Positions 1 through 11,436 of a stretch of DNA of 36,728 nucleotides are shown here, one piece after another (within the stretch, counting starts at the first letter, position 1; each line of letters begins with the position of its first letter). Under the pieces are notes generated by a model. It made no database searches and had not been told where the DNA came from. It was given only the letters and a program-made list of their open reading frames with translations. Position numbers and translations under genes: made by a program. The DNA is from an uncultured Verrucomicrobiales bacterium. GTDB lineage: Bacteria > Verrucomicrobiota > Verrucomicrobiia > Verrucomicrobiales > DEV007. The DNA lies in assembly GCA_938091905.1 (NCBI GenBank), contig CALKOM010000031.1, positions 1-36,728 on the forward strand. The letters run 5' to 3'.

Positions 1-607
1 ACGTTACATCGGACCCAAGCAGAAGATCAGTCGTCGTTTCGGCGTTCCTATCTTCGGAACTTCACGCTCTTTAGAGAAGCGCAATTACCCTCCAGGTCAG
101 CACGGTCTCCGCGCTGGTCGTCGTAAGAAATCAGAGTATGCTGTCGCTCTGGCTGAGAAGCAGAAGCTTCGCTACCAGTATGGCGTACTCGAGAAGCAGT
201 TCCGCAAATACTTCGCTGAGGCCAGCCGGCGCCGCGGGGTCACAGGTGAGATTCTCCTTCAACTCCTCGAAGGCCGTTTGGACAACGTTATCTTTCGTTT
301 AGGATTGGCGAACACCCGTAGTGCTGCACGTCAGCTCGTTGGGCACGGTCACATCCTGGTAGACGGCAAGCGCGTCGATATTCCTTCCTACGCATGCAAA
401 GCCGGTGAGACGATCACTGTGAAAGAGGGTGCCAAGTCCCAGCAGCTGGGACTTCGAGCTCTCGACCTCACGCAGGCTATTGTCGTGCCGGACTGGCTTC
501 TCATGGACCGCGAGAAGATGGTCGGCAAGATCATGCGCGAGCCAACCCGCGAAGAGATTGATCCGTTGGTCAACGAACAGTTGATCGTCGAGCTTTACTC
601 ACGCTAG
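1..607 (+). CDS. rpsD: 30S ribosomal protein S4 (start codon just upstream of the window)
   Basis: The frame from nt 2 reads RYIGPKQKISRRFG...YPPGQHG...LAEKQKLR...RLDNVIFRLG...ARQLVGHGHILVDG...EQLIVELYSR*, which are canonical S4 motifs. The ORF track call at 278 is an internal start. Confidence 0.98.
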   Translation, partial: RYIGPKQKISRRFGVPIFGTSRSLEKRNYPPGQHGLRAGRRKKSEYAVALAEKQKLRYQYGVLEKQFRKYFAEASRRRGVTGEILLQLLEGRLDNVIFRLGLANTRSAARQLVGHGHILVDGKRVDIPSYACKAGETITVKEGAKSQQLGLRALDLTQAIVVPDWLLMDREKMVGKIMREPTREEIDPLVNEQLIVELYSR

Positions 608-633
608 AGGACCACGTTCCTGCCAGATTTATT

Positions 634-668
634 GACACCCGCTAGGCTTCGGTCTTGCGGGTGTTTTT
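634..668 (+). terminator. Rho-independent terminator after rpsD
   Basis: Hairpin ACACCCGC-T-AGGC-TTCG-GTCT-T-GCGGGTGT with a cUUCGg loop, followed by a T-tract. Confidence 0.85.
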
Positions 669-757
669 GGGTCCGGGCAGAAGCTGCTGCCCCTACGTGT
701 GAGGTTTGAGCTGCAAATTCGGTTGCTCAGTTGGGTCCACCTTTGGTTGAATCTGGA

Positions 758-3346
758 ATGGTTCGGTCCGTCTTAGCGCTTTGCATCATGATCGTTTCCG
801 TTGGCGCGGAGATCTTTGATTATCACCGTGTTCGTGGGCGACAGGCGATAGCTGTGTCAGGATCGCTCTTCGAAGGAGAGGAACTGGCCTTCAATGGAAC
901 GGCGCGGGTGCAAGACATGACGGGATTCGGGAAAGGATCTTGGAGTGGTGATGCCCATTTGCTTTGGCATGGGAATGTGGGTGAGTCGCTGGAGACGAGC
1001 CTTCATTTGGAGCGAGGCGGGCGATATCGGGTGCGTTTCCAATTCACGGTCGCCCCTGACTATGGAATCGGAATGCTACGATGGAATGGGAATGTCCTCC
1101 GTGAAAGTATCGATTGCTATCGTTCGGGTGTTGCGTTGGCAGAGGTGATTGATCTGGGGGAAATGTCTCTTGAGGCTGGAGAGCAGCGATTGGCGGTTGA
1201 GCTGATAGGAGGAAATCCTAAGGCGAATTTCTATGGCGGAGATAAGTATTTGTTAGGACTGGACTATGTGCATCTTGATCGGCTCGATAACGAAGATGCT
1301 GAGGTTGTGAAGGAAGAGGTGCCAAGCGAATCCGAAACCACTGTTTCGTTCGTGGACATGCAACCCGTCATGAAGGAGTATTGCTTCAGATGTCACGGTG
1401 TTGAGAAGACGGAGGGAAAGCTGGATCTTACTCGCTTTCTCACACGGGAAGACTTCCTCGATGATATCGAAAGGACGCGTCAGATCGTGGATGCATTGGA
1501 GTTTCATGAGATGCCACCAGAGGATGAAACGCAGTTGCCTATCCAGAAGCATTCGCGGCTGACGGCCATGTTCCGTGGTTTTATCGATGATTACCTCCAG
1601 GAGGAGAGTTCCTTGCCTCCCGTGGTGATGCGGCGTCTGAACCGCTATGAATATAACAATGCGGTGCGCGATTTGCTAGAGCTTAAAGGCGATGTTTTTC
1701 CGCTTCCGGAAAAGCCGCTGCGTGCGGCGCGTTCTTATTTCGATCCGGGATCGGGTCGCCTGCCAAACATCGTAAGAGTGAGTAATCGTGCCCTTGGTAA
1801 GAATCAAATTGAGCAACATATCCTAACAGGTGTGATGCCCTTCGCGATCGATCTTCAGGCTGAACACGGGTTTAACAATCGAGGCGAGGAGCTGAGCGTT
1901 TCGCCCATTCTATTGGAGAGCTTTGTGGGCTTGGCTCGTTCAATTGTGAATGCCCCAGAGTTTGCTGGTTACAGCAATGCCTATGAGCGTTTGTTTGAGA
2001 TGCCAGACGGAGAGGTGGTTTCAAATGAAAGGCAACTGGTAAAAACTCGCCTAGAAATATTGTTAGAGCGAGCGTTTCGGGCTCCAGTGAGCAGCGAAAC
2101 CTTGAATCGCTATGTGGGCTTCTTTGTCTCTGAGCGTCAGCGCAACGAATCCTTTGAGTTGGCCATGAAGGCGACGGTCGCTGCAGTGCTGTCCTCGCCG
2201 CGCTTTCTCTACCTTGCTGACCGGGCTCCTGCGGCCGAGTCTGAACAGGCCCTGACAAGCTACGAACTCGCCGCGCGTTTGGCGATGTTCCTTTGGAGCA
2301 GTCTGCCGGATGAAGAACTTCTGGAGGTGGCTCGCAACAGCACGCTTGGCCAAGACGAGGTCTTAGATACCCAGATTCGCAGAATGTTGGAAGACTCCCG
2401 GTCGCAGTCGCTTTCACAGAACTTTGCCCGCCAGTGGTTGCGTCTCGATCAACTGATCACAGCAGTTCCTGACTTTGAGCGCTATGAGAAATACTATGCT
2501 CGGATCGGCTGTGAACAGTGGAAGTTCGGATTACAGACGATGCTAGAGCCGCTCTTGCTCTTTGAAAGCATTCTGGTCGAAGATCGGTCTATTATGCTTT
2601 TGATAGATTCTAACTACGCTTACCGAACCGACGAGATGGCGTCGTGGTACCGGGACGAGATCCCGTTTCAAGGAAAGGAGAATCGCAATCGCTTCAATAC
2701 AGCATCGCAAAGTTTCTCCCGGCGCGCATTGACAACGCGGCGCGAAGGCGGAGTCATCACCTCGGCGGCGACGCTCACGATGACCTCTTCACCATTGCGA
2801 ACGAACCCAATCAACCGAGGTGCTTGGGTGGCAACTGTCGTGCTCAATCGGCCGCCGCCGCCACCGCCGGATGTCGTGCCGGAAATCGAAGCGGATGATG
2901 CGGCCATTGAAGCGAAAGGGATGACCTTGCGAGAACGCCTGGTGCAACATCAGGTCAACCCAAGCTGTGTGTCCTGTCATCAAAAGATCGATCCTTTAGG
3001 CTTCGCCTTGGAGAATTACGATGCTGTGGGTCGGTGGCGAGAAACGTACCGATCAGGGCTAGAGATCGATGCGAGTGGAGAGTTGTTTGGGAAAGCGTCG
3101 TTTAAAGATGTGGTGGGGTTGAAAGACGCTCTTTTGGAGAACCCGGAATGGTTCATGCGTGGCTTTAGCGAACACCTGCTTGCCTATGCGCTCGGGCGAG
3201 AGTTAGAGATTCAAGATAAGCCTGCTATTGATCGCATCGTTCGCGCCGTTCTAGCGGATCACGGGCAATTCTCCACGGTTGTCTCAGAGGTTGTTCGTAG
3301 CTATCCTTTCCTTCACAAATCCAACCAAACCGCTCACACTGAGTAG
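758..3346 (+). CDS. Exported DUF1587/DUF1592/DUF1588/DUF1585-type protein with planctomycete cytochrome c motifs and an N-terminal CBM-like beta-sandwich
   Basis: Signal peptide from ATG 758. Two CxxCH motifs (CFRCHG, CVSCHQ), RRLNRYEYNNAVRDLL, YELAARLAMFLWSSLPD, TNPINRG, PPPPPP, IDPLGFALENYDAVGRWR and LLAYALGR are typical of this family. Confidence 0.88.
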   Translation: MVRSVLALCIMIVSVGAEIFDYHRVRGRQAIAVSGSLFEGEELAFNGTARVQDMTGFGKGSWSGDAHLLWHGNVGESLETSLHLERGGRYRVRFQFTVAPDYGIGMLRWNGNVLRESIDCYRSGVALAEVIDLGEMSLEAGEQRLAVELIGGNPKANFYGGDKYLLGLDYVHLDRLDNEDAEVVKEEVPSESETTVSFVDMQPVMKEYCFRCHGVEKTEGKLDLTRFLTREDFLDDIERTRQIVDALEFHEMPPEDETQLPIQKHSRLTAMFRGFIDDYLQEESSLPPVVMRRLNRYEYNNAVRDLLELKGDVFPLPEKPLRAARSYFDPGSGRLPNIVRVSNRALGKNQIEQHILTGVMPFAIDLQAEHGFNNRGEELSVSPILLESFVGLARSIVNAPEFAGYSNAYERLFEMPDGEVVSNERQLVKTRLEILLERAFRAPVSSETLNRYVGFFVSERQRNESFELAMKATVAAVLSSPRFLYLADRAPAAESEQALTSYELAARLAMFLWSSLPDEELLEVARNSTLGQDEVLDTQIRRMLEDSRSQSLSQNFARQWLRLDQLITAVPDFERYEKYYARIGCEQWKFGLQTMLEPLLLFESILVEDRSIMLLIDSNYAYRTDEMASWYRDEIPFQGKENRNRFNTASQSFSRRALTTRREGGVITSAATLTMTSSPLRTNPINRGAWVATVVLNRPPPPPPDVVPEIEADDAAIEAKGMTLRERLVQHQVNPSCVSCHQKIDPLGFALENYDAVGRWRETYRSGLEIDASGELFGKASFKDVVGLKDALLENPEWFMRGFSEHLLAYALGRELEIQDKPAIDRIVRAVLADHGQFSTVVSEVVRSYPFLHKSNQTAHTE

Positions 3347-4648
3347 ATGATCTTGAAACAGAAATCCCTCGATCGCCGCACGTTTCTCCGAGGAATCGGG
3401 GTGACCATGGCGCTGCCATTCTTGGAAATCATGCGACCATCAGGGGCTTTGGCGAAGACCGCCGTAGCTAAGCCGCCTGTGAGGACGGCCTTCTTCTACA
3501 TTCCCAATGGGGTTGTTCAATCCGCTTGGCATCCAAAGGACATTGGACAAGGCTTCAAACTGAGTCCGACGTTGCAGCCTCTCGAGTCCGTCCGCGAGAA
3601 AGTAGCGGTCTTCACTAAATTGGATCGAATCAAGGTAGCGGGAACAGACGGGCACGCGCAGGCGGGAGCCTGCTGGCTTAGTAGTGCTGCTCCAGATGAA
3701 CTTTCGCCCGCCGGTTACCCTCTCAAACGTACCATTGACCAAATCATTGCCACTGAGGCAGGTAAACACACGGCGTTCCGCTCCTTAGAGCTGAGTTGCA
3801 ATCCTTACGAGGACAACCGTGAATCGGTATACTTTGACAATATTTCTTGGTATGGGCACGGTCATGTTGCCCGATCGTTGCGCGATCCGCGGGCGGTCTT
3901 TGATAGGCTCTTTGCTATGCATGAGCACGCATCCTCAGGTAGCGTGCTGGATGTTGTCCTGGACGATGCCAAATCACTCAATCGTGAACTCGGTTATCTG
4001 GATCAGCAGAAGCTGGGCGAGTATATGGATTCTGTCAGGGCGGTCGAGCGTCAGATTGAACGCGTGAAAGAGCGGCAAGCTTCAATCGATGCATTAAGGC
4101 TCCAGCCGCCGACCAAACCTTGGCAAGCCATGAGTCGGGAAGAGTTTATTCAAGTCATGGGCGATCTCATGATTCTGGCCTTGCAGACAGATCTCACGCG
4201 GGTGGCCACGCTCATGTCGGGCCCGGAGCGTTGGAGTACGCCTCTGACTGTTGAGGGCTTGTTCGAGAAGCCTGTGCAGCATCATGGCATGACCCATGCC
4301 CAGGGTAAGGAAGAGGTTCGCAAGGATCTGGAACAGCTCGATCGGTTTCACATCGAGCAGTTTGCTACTTTGGTGTCTAAAATGGATGCGATCAAGGAAG
4401 GTGAAGGAACGATGTTAGATAATATGATATTCACTTTGGGGTCGGGACTGAGCAGCGGCGAGTTGCACATTTATACGGATCTACCCACGGTGGTAGCAGG
4501 AAGCGGCGGAGGGGCGATTGCTACCGATCGTCATGTGAAGTCTCCCCAAGGCACTCCTATTGCGAATCTCTGGTTGACCATGGCGCAGACAATGGGAGTG
4601 GACATTGATAGGATTGCTGACAGCACTGGGCCGCTGGCCGTGGCGTAA
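3347..4648 (+). CDS. DUF1552 family protein, Tat-exported
   Basis: Twin-arginine signal (DRRTFLRG...ALPFLE), FFYIPNG, LSPTLQPLE, DPRAVFDRLF, LALQTDLTRVATL, EGEGTMLDN and PIANLWL. Abuts the DUF1592 gene, the usual pairing. Confidence 0.88.
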   Translation: MILKQKSLDRRTFLRGIGVTMALPFLEIMRPSGALAKTAVAKPPVRTAFFYIPNGVVQSAWHPKDIGQGFKLSPTLQPLESVREKVAVFTKLDRIKVAGTDGHAQAGACWLSSAAPDELSPAGYPLKRTIDQIIATEAGKHTAFRSLELSCNPYEDNRESVYFDNISWYGHGHVARSLRDPRAVFDRLFAMHEHASSGSVLDVVLDDAKSLNRELGYLDQQKLGEYMDSVRAVERQIERVKERQASIDALRLQPPTKPWQAMSREEFIQVMGDLMILALQTDLTRVATLMSGPERWSTPLTVEGLFEKPVQHHGMTHAQGKEEVRKDLEQLDRFHIEQFATLVSKMDAIKEGEGTMLDNMIFTLGSGLSSGELHIYTDLPTVVAGSGGGAIATDRHVKSPQGTPIANLWLTMAQTMGVDIDRIADSTGPLAVA

Positions 4649-4649
4649 G

Positions 4650-5993
4650 ATGATCGCTCGGGCAATCGTTGTTGGGTTGTGCGTTGTTGCGACGGTATGG
4701 GCAGATGATTGGCCGCATTATCTCGGGCCTCAGTATGACCTTACGTGGCGCGAAGGGGATATCCTTAAAAGGCTTCCGGAAAAGGGGCTGCCGGTGGTCT
4801 GGAAGACGAAGATAGGGGGCGGCTATGGCGGACCGTCGGTGGCGAATGGTCGTGTCTATGTCATGGATCGCGAGGCCGAACCGTCGACGGCAAAGATTGA
4901 AGGCAATCCAAATTTCTTTCGGGCAGAGCATCCTGGCAATGAAAGTGTGCATTGCCTCCGCGAAAGCGATGGGGTGATTCTCTGGACCCACACGTGGCTT
5001 TGTCAATATACCACAGTGACTCCTTATGCCAATGGGCCACGCTGCACGCCAACGCTTGATGGTGATCGTGTCTATGTGTTGGGTGCTGAAGGTCATCTTT
5101 GGTGTCTTGAGGCCAAGACAGGCGAGGTGGAGTGGGCAAAAGACTTTCGTAAAGACTATGGTGTGGAAACGCCCAACTGGGGGTGGTCAAGTCATCCCCT
5201 GGTTGATGGTGATCAGCTCATTTGCGTTGTTGGCGGCAAAGGATCAGCCGTGGTCTCCTATGATAAGATGACCGGTGAAGAGCGCTGGCGAGCGCTGAGT
5301 TCCAAGGCCCCAGGCTATTGTCCTCCTGTCATTTATACCCATGGCGGGAAACAACGCCTCTTTGTCTGGCATGGAGAAGCGGTGGCTTGCCTGGACCCGG
5401 AGAATGGCAAGTTGCTTTGGAGTATCGCTTACAAAGCGACTTATGGAATGGCGATTGGGGCGCCGCAACTTGCTGGAAATTCGTTATACATAATGTGTTA
5501 CCATGGAAAAAGCGCCTTGTTGCAGTTGGCCCCTGATAGCAGCTCTGCGAAGATTGGCTGGCAGGGGAATTTCCAGCTTGGTCTAGGCGGGGTCATGAAC
5601 ACGCCCTATATAGAGGCTGGCTACCTCTACGGTTGCGGGCGTCGTGGGGCTTATCGTTGTATCGAATTGGCGACGGGAGAGCGCCGCTGGACGACGACGG
5701 CACCCGCGCTCAAACTCGCTGATGCGGATAAAAAGCCGTCCGGGTGGGCGAATGTCTTCACCGTGCGTCACGAGCCAAGCGGGCATCGCTTTCTCTTCAA
5801 CGACCTCGGCGAGATGATCCAGTCGAAGCTCACGCCTGAAGGGTATACGGAGCTTGGCCGGACCCTCATTATCCCGCCAGACCAACCCGTGGGTCGGGAC
5901 CTACTCGTTTGGTCCCATCCAGCGTTCGCAAACAGACGTCTTTATTGTCGCAATGACAGCGAGATTCGCTGCCTTTCGATGGCGATGAAGTAA
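4650..5993 (+). CDS. PQQ-binding-like (BamB-like) beta-propeller repeat protein, exported
   Basis: ATG 4650 lies 1 nt after the upstream stop. Signal peptide then DDWPHYLGP, GGGYGGPSVANGRVYV, SSHPLVDGD and WSHPAFANRRLYCRND. Confidence 0.88.
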   Translation: MIARAIVVGLCVVATVWADDWPHYLGPQYDLTWREGDILKRLPEKGLPVVWKTKIGGGYGGPSVANGRVYVMDREAEPSTAKIEGNPNFFRAEHPGNESVHCLRESDGVILWTHTWLCQYTTVTPYANGPRCTPTLDGDRVYVLGAEGHLWCLEAKTGEVEWAKDFRKDYGVETPNWGWSSHPLVDGDQLICVVGGKGSAVVSYDKMTGEERWRALSSKAPGYCPPVIYTHGGKQRLFVWHGEAVACLDPENGKLLWSIAYKATYGMAIGAPQLAGNSLYIMCYHGKSALLQLAPDSSSAKIGWQGNFQLGLGGVMNTPYIEAGYLYGCGRRGAYRCIELATGERRWTTTAPALKLADADKKPSGWANVFTVRHEPSGHRFLFNDLGEMIQSKLTPEGYTELGRTLIIPPDQPVGRDLLVWSHPAFANRRLYCRNDSEIRCLSMAMK

Positions 5994-6131
5994 TACCAAA
6001 TAGGCGAAGCCGGGCCAGGTCAGATTCTTAGAGGTCCTGGTGCTCAGGGATCCAGCTACCCTTGGTGGGCTCGAGAAACGCTTTGCGCCGGCCCAGGCTA
6101 GTATCGAAACAGAGCTCTCAGCATAAACGGC

Positions 6132-6160
6132 TGGACAGTATTTGGATTCGCCTCTAGTGG
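6132..6160 (+). promoter_or_regulatory. Possible sigma70-type promoter for eno
   Basis: TGGACA-17 nt-TAGTGG, ending 20 nt before the ATG. The -10 match is imperfect. Confidence 0.35.
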
Positions 6161-6174
6161 CAGACGATCCTTAA

Positions 6175-7467
<1,293 letters not shown>

Positions 7468-7484
7468 GCATTATTCACATTGTT

Positions 7485-7844
7485 GTGGATGATGACCGTT
7501 TCCGTCTCTACACCGCTGCCCATCGCAAAGCGCGTGGGTTCCAGCGGGCGGCGGATTACGTCTTTCTTGCGATCATTCTGATTGCGTTGGCTGGTGCAGG
7601 GCTTGGCTTGGTTCCAGAACTCGAAAAATCTCGAGAACTGAATGAGGCTGTCGCCCTGGAATCTGGAAGGCTCGATTTGGCCAAGTCGGCTCTGAGAGAC
7701 AAACAGCTACGTTTGCAGCTTTTGCAGCATGATGTAGAATACATGGAGCTCGAGCTACGCAACAGCTCTCATAGGTCCGCGAAGCCCGGTGAAACGCTCA
7801 TTCTTATCCCTGCAAAACGTGCTCAACGATACCTGGAAGAATAG
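7485..7844 (+). CDS. FtsB/DivIC-like septum formation initiator family protein
   Basis: One TM helix, a coiled coil and a C-terminal KPGE motif. Sits directly after eno, matching the conserved eno-ftsB synteny. Confidence 0.7.
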   Translation: MDDDRFRLYTAAHRKARGFQRAADYVFLAIILIALAGAGLGLVPELEKSRELNEAVALESGRLDLAKSALRDKQLRLQLLQHDVEYMELELRNSSHRSAKPGETLILIPAKRAQRYLEE

Positions 7845-7891
7845 TCGTTGTGCGGAAGGTCGCAATTCCTCTAAAATCCCGCGTGAAGGCG

Positions 7892-7920
7892 TTGACAAGC
7901 TAATTTTGATTGCCCAGTCT
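7892..7920 (+). promoter_or_regulatory. Putative sigma70 promoter of the pilB-pilB-pilC operon
   Basis: TTGACA (7892-7897)-17 nt-CAGTCT (7915-7920), upstream of GTG 7956. Confidence 0.6.
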
Positions 7921-7955
7921 GCGCCCACTTATCTAGTCACCCCTTTGTAAATAGC

Positions 7956-9632
7956 GTGTTCACAAACGAAGAAGCAGTCCTCGAAACAATCACCCAAGCC
8001 GGCCTCATTGCTGAGGACGATGTGGCAACCGCCCGAAAGAAGCCTGGGAGCGTCATCGATCATCTGGTCGATTCCAATATCGTTAGTTCAGAGGCCATTG
8101 GCCAAGCCTTGGCCGAAGCGAATGGCATGGTCTTCGTCGACCTTGCTGATCTTGCGGTGGACCCTGCGATCATTGCGGCAGTTCCGGACACGGTGGCGAT
8201 CAAGTATCACTGCGTGCCCTTGGGATTTGATGACGATCGTCTCCTCATTGCCATCGCCGATCCTTCTGATTTCGATTCCCTGGACGCAATCCCTCACGTT
8301 TTGGCGAGCCAGATGGAAGTGGAGTTCCAGTGTGGTTCAGAGGAGCACATCCAACGTTGTCTTGAGGAGTTCTATGGGGCGCCGAGTAAGATTGACAATG
8401 AGTTGTCGGGTTCTATGGAGCTGCGCGGTGGGGTCGATGAGGGGACCAGTGCTGATGAAGACGCTCCGATCATTCGTCTGGTGACGAACATGCTGGCTGA
8501 TGCCTTCAAGAGTCGCACCAGTGATATCCATATCGAGCCTTTAGAGAAATCCCTTCGCGTACGCTGTCGTATTGATGGTGCGCTTCACGTGACGGAGGAA
8601 CATCCTCTCAAGCTTCTCGCACCGATTGTCAGTCGACTCAAGATCATGAGCGGCACCATGAGCATCTCGGAGAAGCGGATTCCCCAAGATGGGCGTATCA
8701 GTGTGAAGCTTGGCGACAAAGCGATCGACCTCCGGGTTTCCAGTGTGCCAACCGGTCATGGTGAAAGTATCGTCATGCGAATTTTGGACAAGTCGAGTCT
8801 CCTTCTCGGTTTGCCTCAGCTTGGTTTCTTTAGTGATCAGCAGGAACTCATGGAGGGCCTGCTCAAGCTTCCTGATGGGATCATTCTTGTGACGGGTCCG
8901 ACGGGATCAGGTAAAACTACGACACTCTATGCTTGTTTGAACTACATTAACAAGCCTGACCGCAAGATCATCACGGTGGAGGACCCAGTCGAATACCAGT
9001 TGAGTGGTATCAACCAGGTCCAGGTGAAGGCTGACATCGGGATGACCTTCGCTGGTGCCCTGCGCGCCATGTTGCGACAAGCGCCAAACATTATCATGCT
9101 TGGTGAGATTCGTGATGAAGAGACGGCGACAATTGCTATTAATGCTAGTTTGACGGGGCACTTGGTGTTCTCCACTCTTCACACGAACGACGCGCCAGGT
9201 GCCGTCGCTCGTTTGGCTGACATGGGAATTAAGCCGTTCCTGACCGCGAGTTCGGTTCGTGCGATCATGGCTCAGCGTCTTGTGCGGACGATCTGTGGAA
9301 AGTGTAAGGTTCCTGGTGAAATCGGCGAGAAGGAAGGGCGCATGCTTCACATCGATGCGAATCGCCTGGCTGAATCTACAGTAATGAGAGGTGACGGCTG
9401 TGATGTTTGTAAGCAAACCGGCTACAAAGGACGCCAAGGGATCTACGAGATCTTCAATATTGACGATGAGGTTCGCACATTGATCACGGAGGAACTTACC
9501 ACCGTGCAGTTAAGGCGTCGTGCGCGGGAGTTAGGAATGAAGACTCTGCGAGAAGATGGTATTCGCAAGATGCTTGCCGGTATCACCTCGGCACAAGAAG
9601 TTATTCGTGTGACCATGGGTGATGATGAGTAA
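7956..9632 (+). CDS. GspE/PilB family type IV filament assembly ATPase (copy 1)
   Basis: SDIHIEP, RIPQDGRI, Walker A GPTGSGKTT, TVEDPVEY, LRQAPNIIMLGEIRD, TGHLVFSTLHTND and a tetracysteine zinc motif (CGKC...CDVC). Confidence 0.95.
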   Translation: MFTNEEAVLETITQAGLIAEDDVATARKKPGSVIDHLVDSNIVSSEAIGQALAEANGMVFVDLADLAVDPAIIAAVPDTVAIKYHCVPLGFDDDRLLIAIADPSDFDSLDAIPHVLASQMEVEFQCGSEEHIQRCLEEFYGAPSKIDNELSGSMELRGGVDEGTSADEDAPIIRLVTNMLADAFKSRTSDIHIEPLEKSLRVRCRIDGALHVTEEHPLKLLAPIVSRLKIMSGTMSISEKRIPQDGRISVKLGDKAIDLRVSSVPTGHGESIVMRILDKSSLLLGLPQLGFFSDQQELMEGLLKLPDGIILVTGPTGSGKTTTLYACLNYINKPDRKIITVEDPVEYQLSGINQVQVKADIGMTFAGALRAMLRQAPNIIMLGEIRDEETATIAINASLTGHLVFSTLHTNDAPGAVARLADMGIKPFLTASSVRAIMAQRLVRTICGKCKVPGEIGEKEGRMLHIDANRLAESTVMRGDGCDVCKQTGYKGRQGIYEIFNIDDEVRTLITEELTTVQLRRRARELGMKTLREDGIRKMLAGITSAQEVIRVTMGDDE

Positions 9633-9694
9633 ATGACAGGAAACGCCCTAACTCCCTAACAATCCTTTCTTCTTTCTATTTCCTTCCTCAATTT

Positions 9695-11359
9695 ATGAAT
9701 ACCCAGAACGTCCTCGATCTTCTGCAGACCCAAGGCTACATTGATGCTAATCAGTCGGAAGACATGATGAGTAGCATCGTGTCCTCTGGCAAAGACGTGC
9801 TCGACGCGGTCCAGGATTACGGTGTGATGGACCGCAACCAGTTCTATCAGGTGGTTGCTGCAGAAATCGGCGCTGAATTCATGGACCTTACTGATTGGGA
9901 GCCTGGTGAAGCTCTCACCAAGATCCTGACGTCGGACAACGCACACCTCTACGGAGCCTTGCCTGTGGCTATCGGAGAGAACGGTCTGCAAGTCGCTTTT
10001 GTTGATCCGTTGAACGCACAGAACATGGACGATCTCCGGTTTGCAGTGCAGCAGGAGATCGTTCCCGTCGTTGGTGATGTCTATAGAGTCCAGTACCTGA
10101 TCGATAAGGTGTATGGAGAAGAGGACATGAACGATGTCCTCATGTCCTTCGGCGAAGGCGATGAAGCTGGTGACAGCGCAGAGGATCTTGAGAAGGAGGC
10201 CAATGCAGCTCCGATCATTCGCTACGTTGACTTGGTGCTTCTTCAGGCAATCAAGGAGCGTGCCTCTGACATTCACTTCGAGCCCTTCGAGGATGACTTT
10301 AAAATCCGCTATCGTGTGGATGGCTCACTTTACGAGATGGCTCCGCCTCCAGGGCACTTGGCTACACCGATCATCTCTCGTGTAAAGGTCATGTCGAATC
10401 TGAACATCGCTGAGCGCCGTCTACCGCAGGATGGACGCATTCAGAAGATGATCGGATCAACGCCTTGTGACCTTCGTGTCTCCACCTTGCCGACTGTGTA
10501 TGGAGAGAGTGTGGTGCTTCGAGTTCTCGACCGCTCTTCGGTCAATCTCGACCTCGAGAATCTTGGTCTCCCAGAGGACATCTACAACTTTATTGATGAG
10601 ACGATCTTCAAACCGAATGGGATCTTTATCGTCACCGGGCCTACGGGTGCCGGCAAGACGACGACGTTGTATGCTTGTCTGAGAAAAATCAATACGATCG
10701 ATTCCAAGCTTCTCACTGCAGAGGATCCCGTCGAGTATGACATGGACGGCATCGTCCAGGTTCCCTCGAACGAATCTGTCGGGGTGACCTTCGCCAAGAT
10801 TCTACGCGCCTTCCTGCGACAAGACCCTGATCGTATCATGGTGGGAGAGATGCGTGATCCGGAGACCGTGCAGATTGCTGTTCAGGCATCACTCACCGGT
10901 CACTTGGTGCTTTCAACCTTGCATACGAATGACGCCACGGGTGCTGTCACCCGACTGCTCGATATGGGGACAGAGCCGTTCCTGCTTTCAGCTAGTTTGC
11001 TCGCGGTGCTCGCTCAGCGACTTCTCCGGACGATCTGTGCAGACTGTCGTGAGGCCTATGAGCCGAACGAGGCCATCATTTCCCAGCTTGGGCTCTCTCC
11101 GCACGAACTCGGGGACAAGAGTTTCTACACCGGTGCCGGTTGTGATCGTTGCGGGCACTCAGGCTACCGCGGTCGTAAGGGCCTCTATGAGCTATTCGAG
11201 GTCAATGATACTCTACGTGACATGATCACGGAACGCGAGCCTACGGTAGTGCTTCGCCAGCGCGCTGTTGAGATGGGCATGCGCGTTCTCCGGGAAGATG
11301 GTCTCCGGAATATCTACGAAGGCTTGACGACGATCGAGGAGGTGTTGAAATACACCTAA
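9695..11359 (+). CDS. GspE/PilB family type IV filament assembly ATPase (copy 2)
   Basis: ASDIHFEP, ERRLPQDGRI, GPTGAGKTT, LRQDPDRIMVGEMRD, TGHLVLSTLHTND and CADC...CDRC. Confidence 0.95.
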   Translation: MNTQNVLDLLQTQGYIDANQSEDMMSSIVSSGKDVLDAVQDYGVMDRNQFYQVVAAEIGAEFMDLTDWEPGEALTKILTSDNAHLYGALPVAIGENGLQVAFVDPLNAQNMDDLRFAVQQEIVPVVGDVYRVQYLIDKVYGEEDMNDVLMSFGEGDEAGDSAEDLEKEANAAPIIRYVDLVLLQAIKERASDIHFEPFEDDFKIRYRVDGSLYEMAPPPGHLATPIISRVKVMSNLNIAERRLPQDGRIQKMIGSTPCDLRVSTLPTVYGESVVLRVLDRSSVNLDLENLGLPEDIYNFIDETIFKPNGIFIVTGPTGAGKTTTLYACLRKINTIDSKLLTAEDPVEYDMDGIVQVPSNESVGVTFAKILRAFLRQDPDRIMVGEMRDPETVQIAVQASLTGHLVLSTLHTNDATGAVTRLLDMGTEPFLLSASLLAVLAQRLLRTICADCREAYEPNEAIISQLGLSPHELGDKSFYTGAGCDRCGHSGYRGRKGLYELFEVNDTLRDMITEREPTVVLRQRAVEMGMRVLREDGLRNIYEGLTTIEEVLKYT

Positions 11360-11436
11360 TTAGCTCCAGGGCTTGCATCCTCCCACGACCACGCTTTATT
11401 CTAATTTCTTAACGCTAAAAAACCTGACTGACATCC

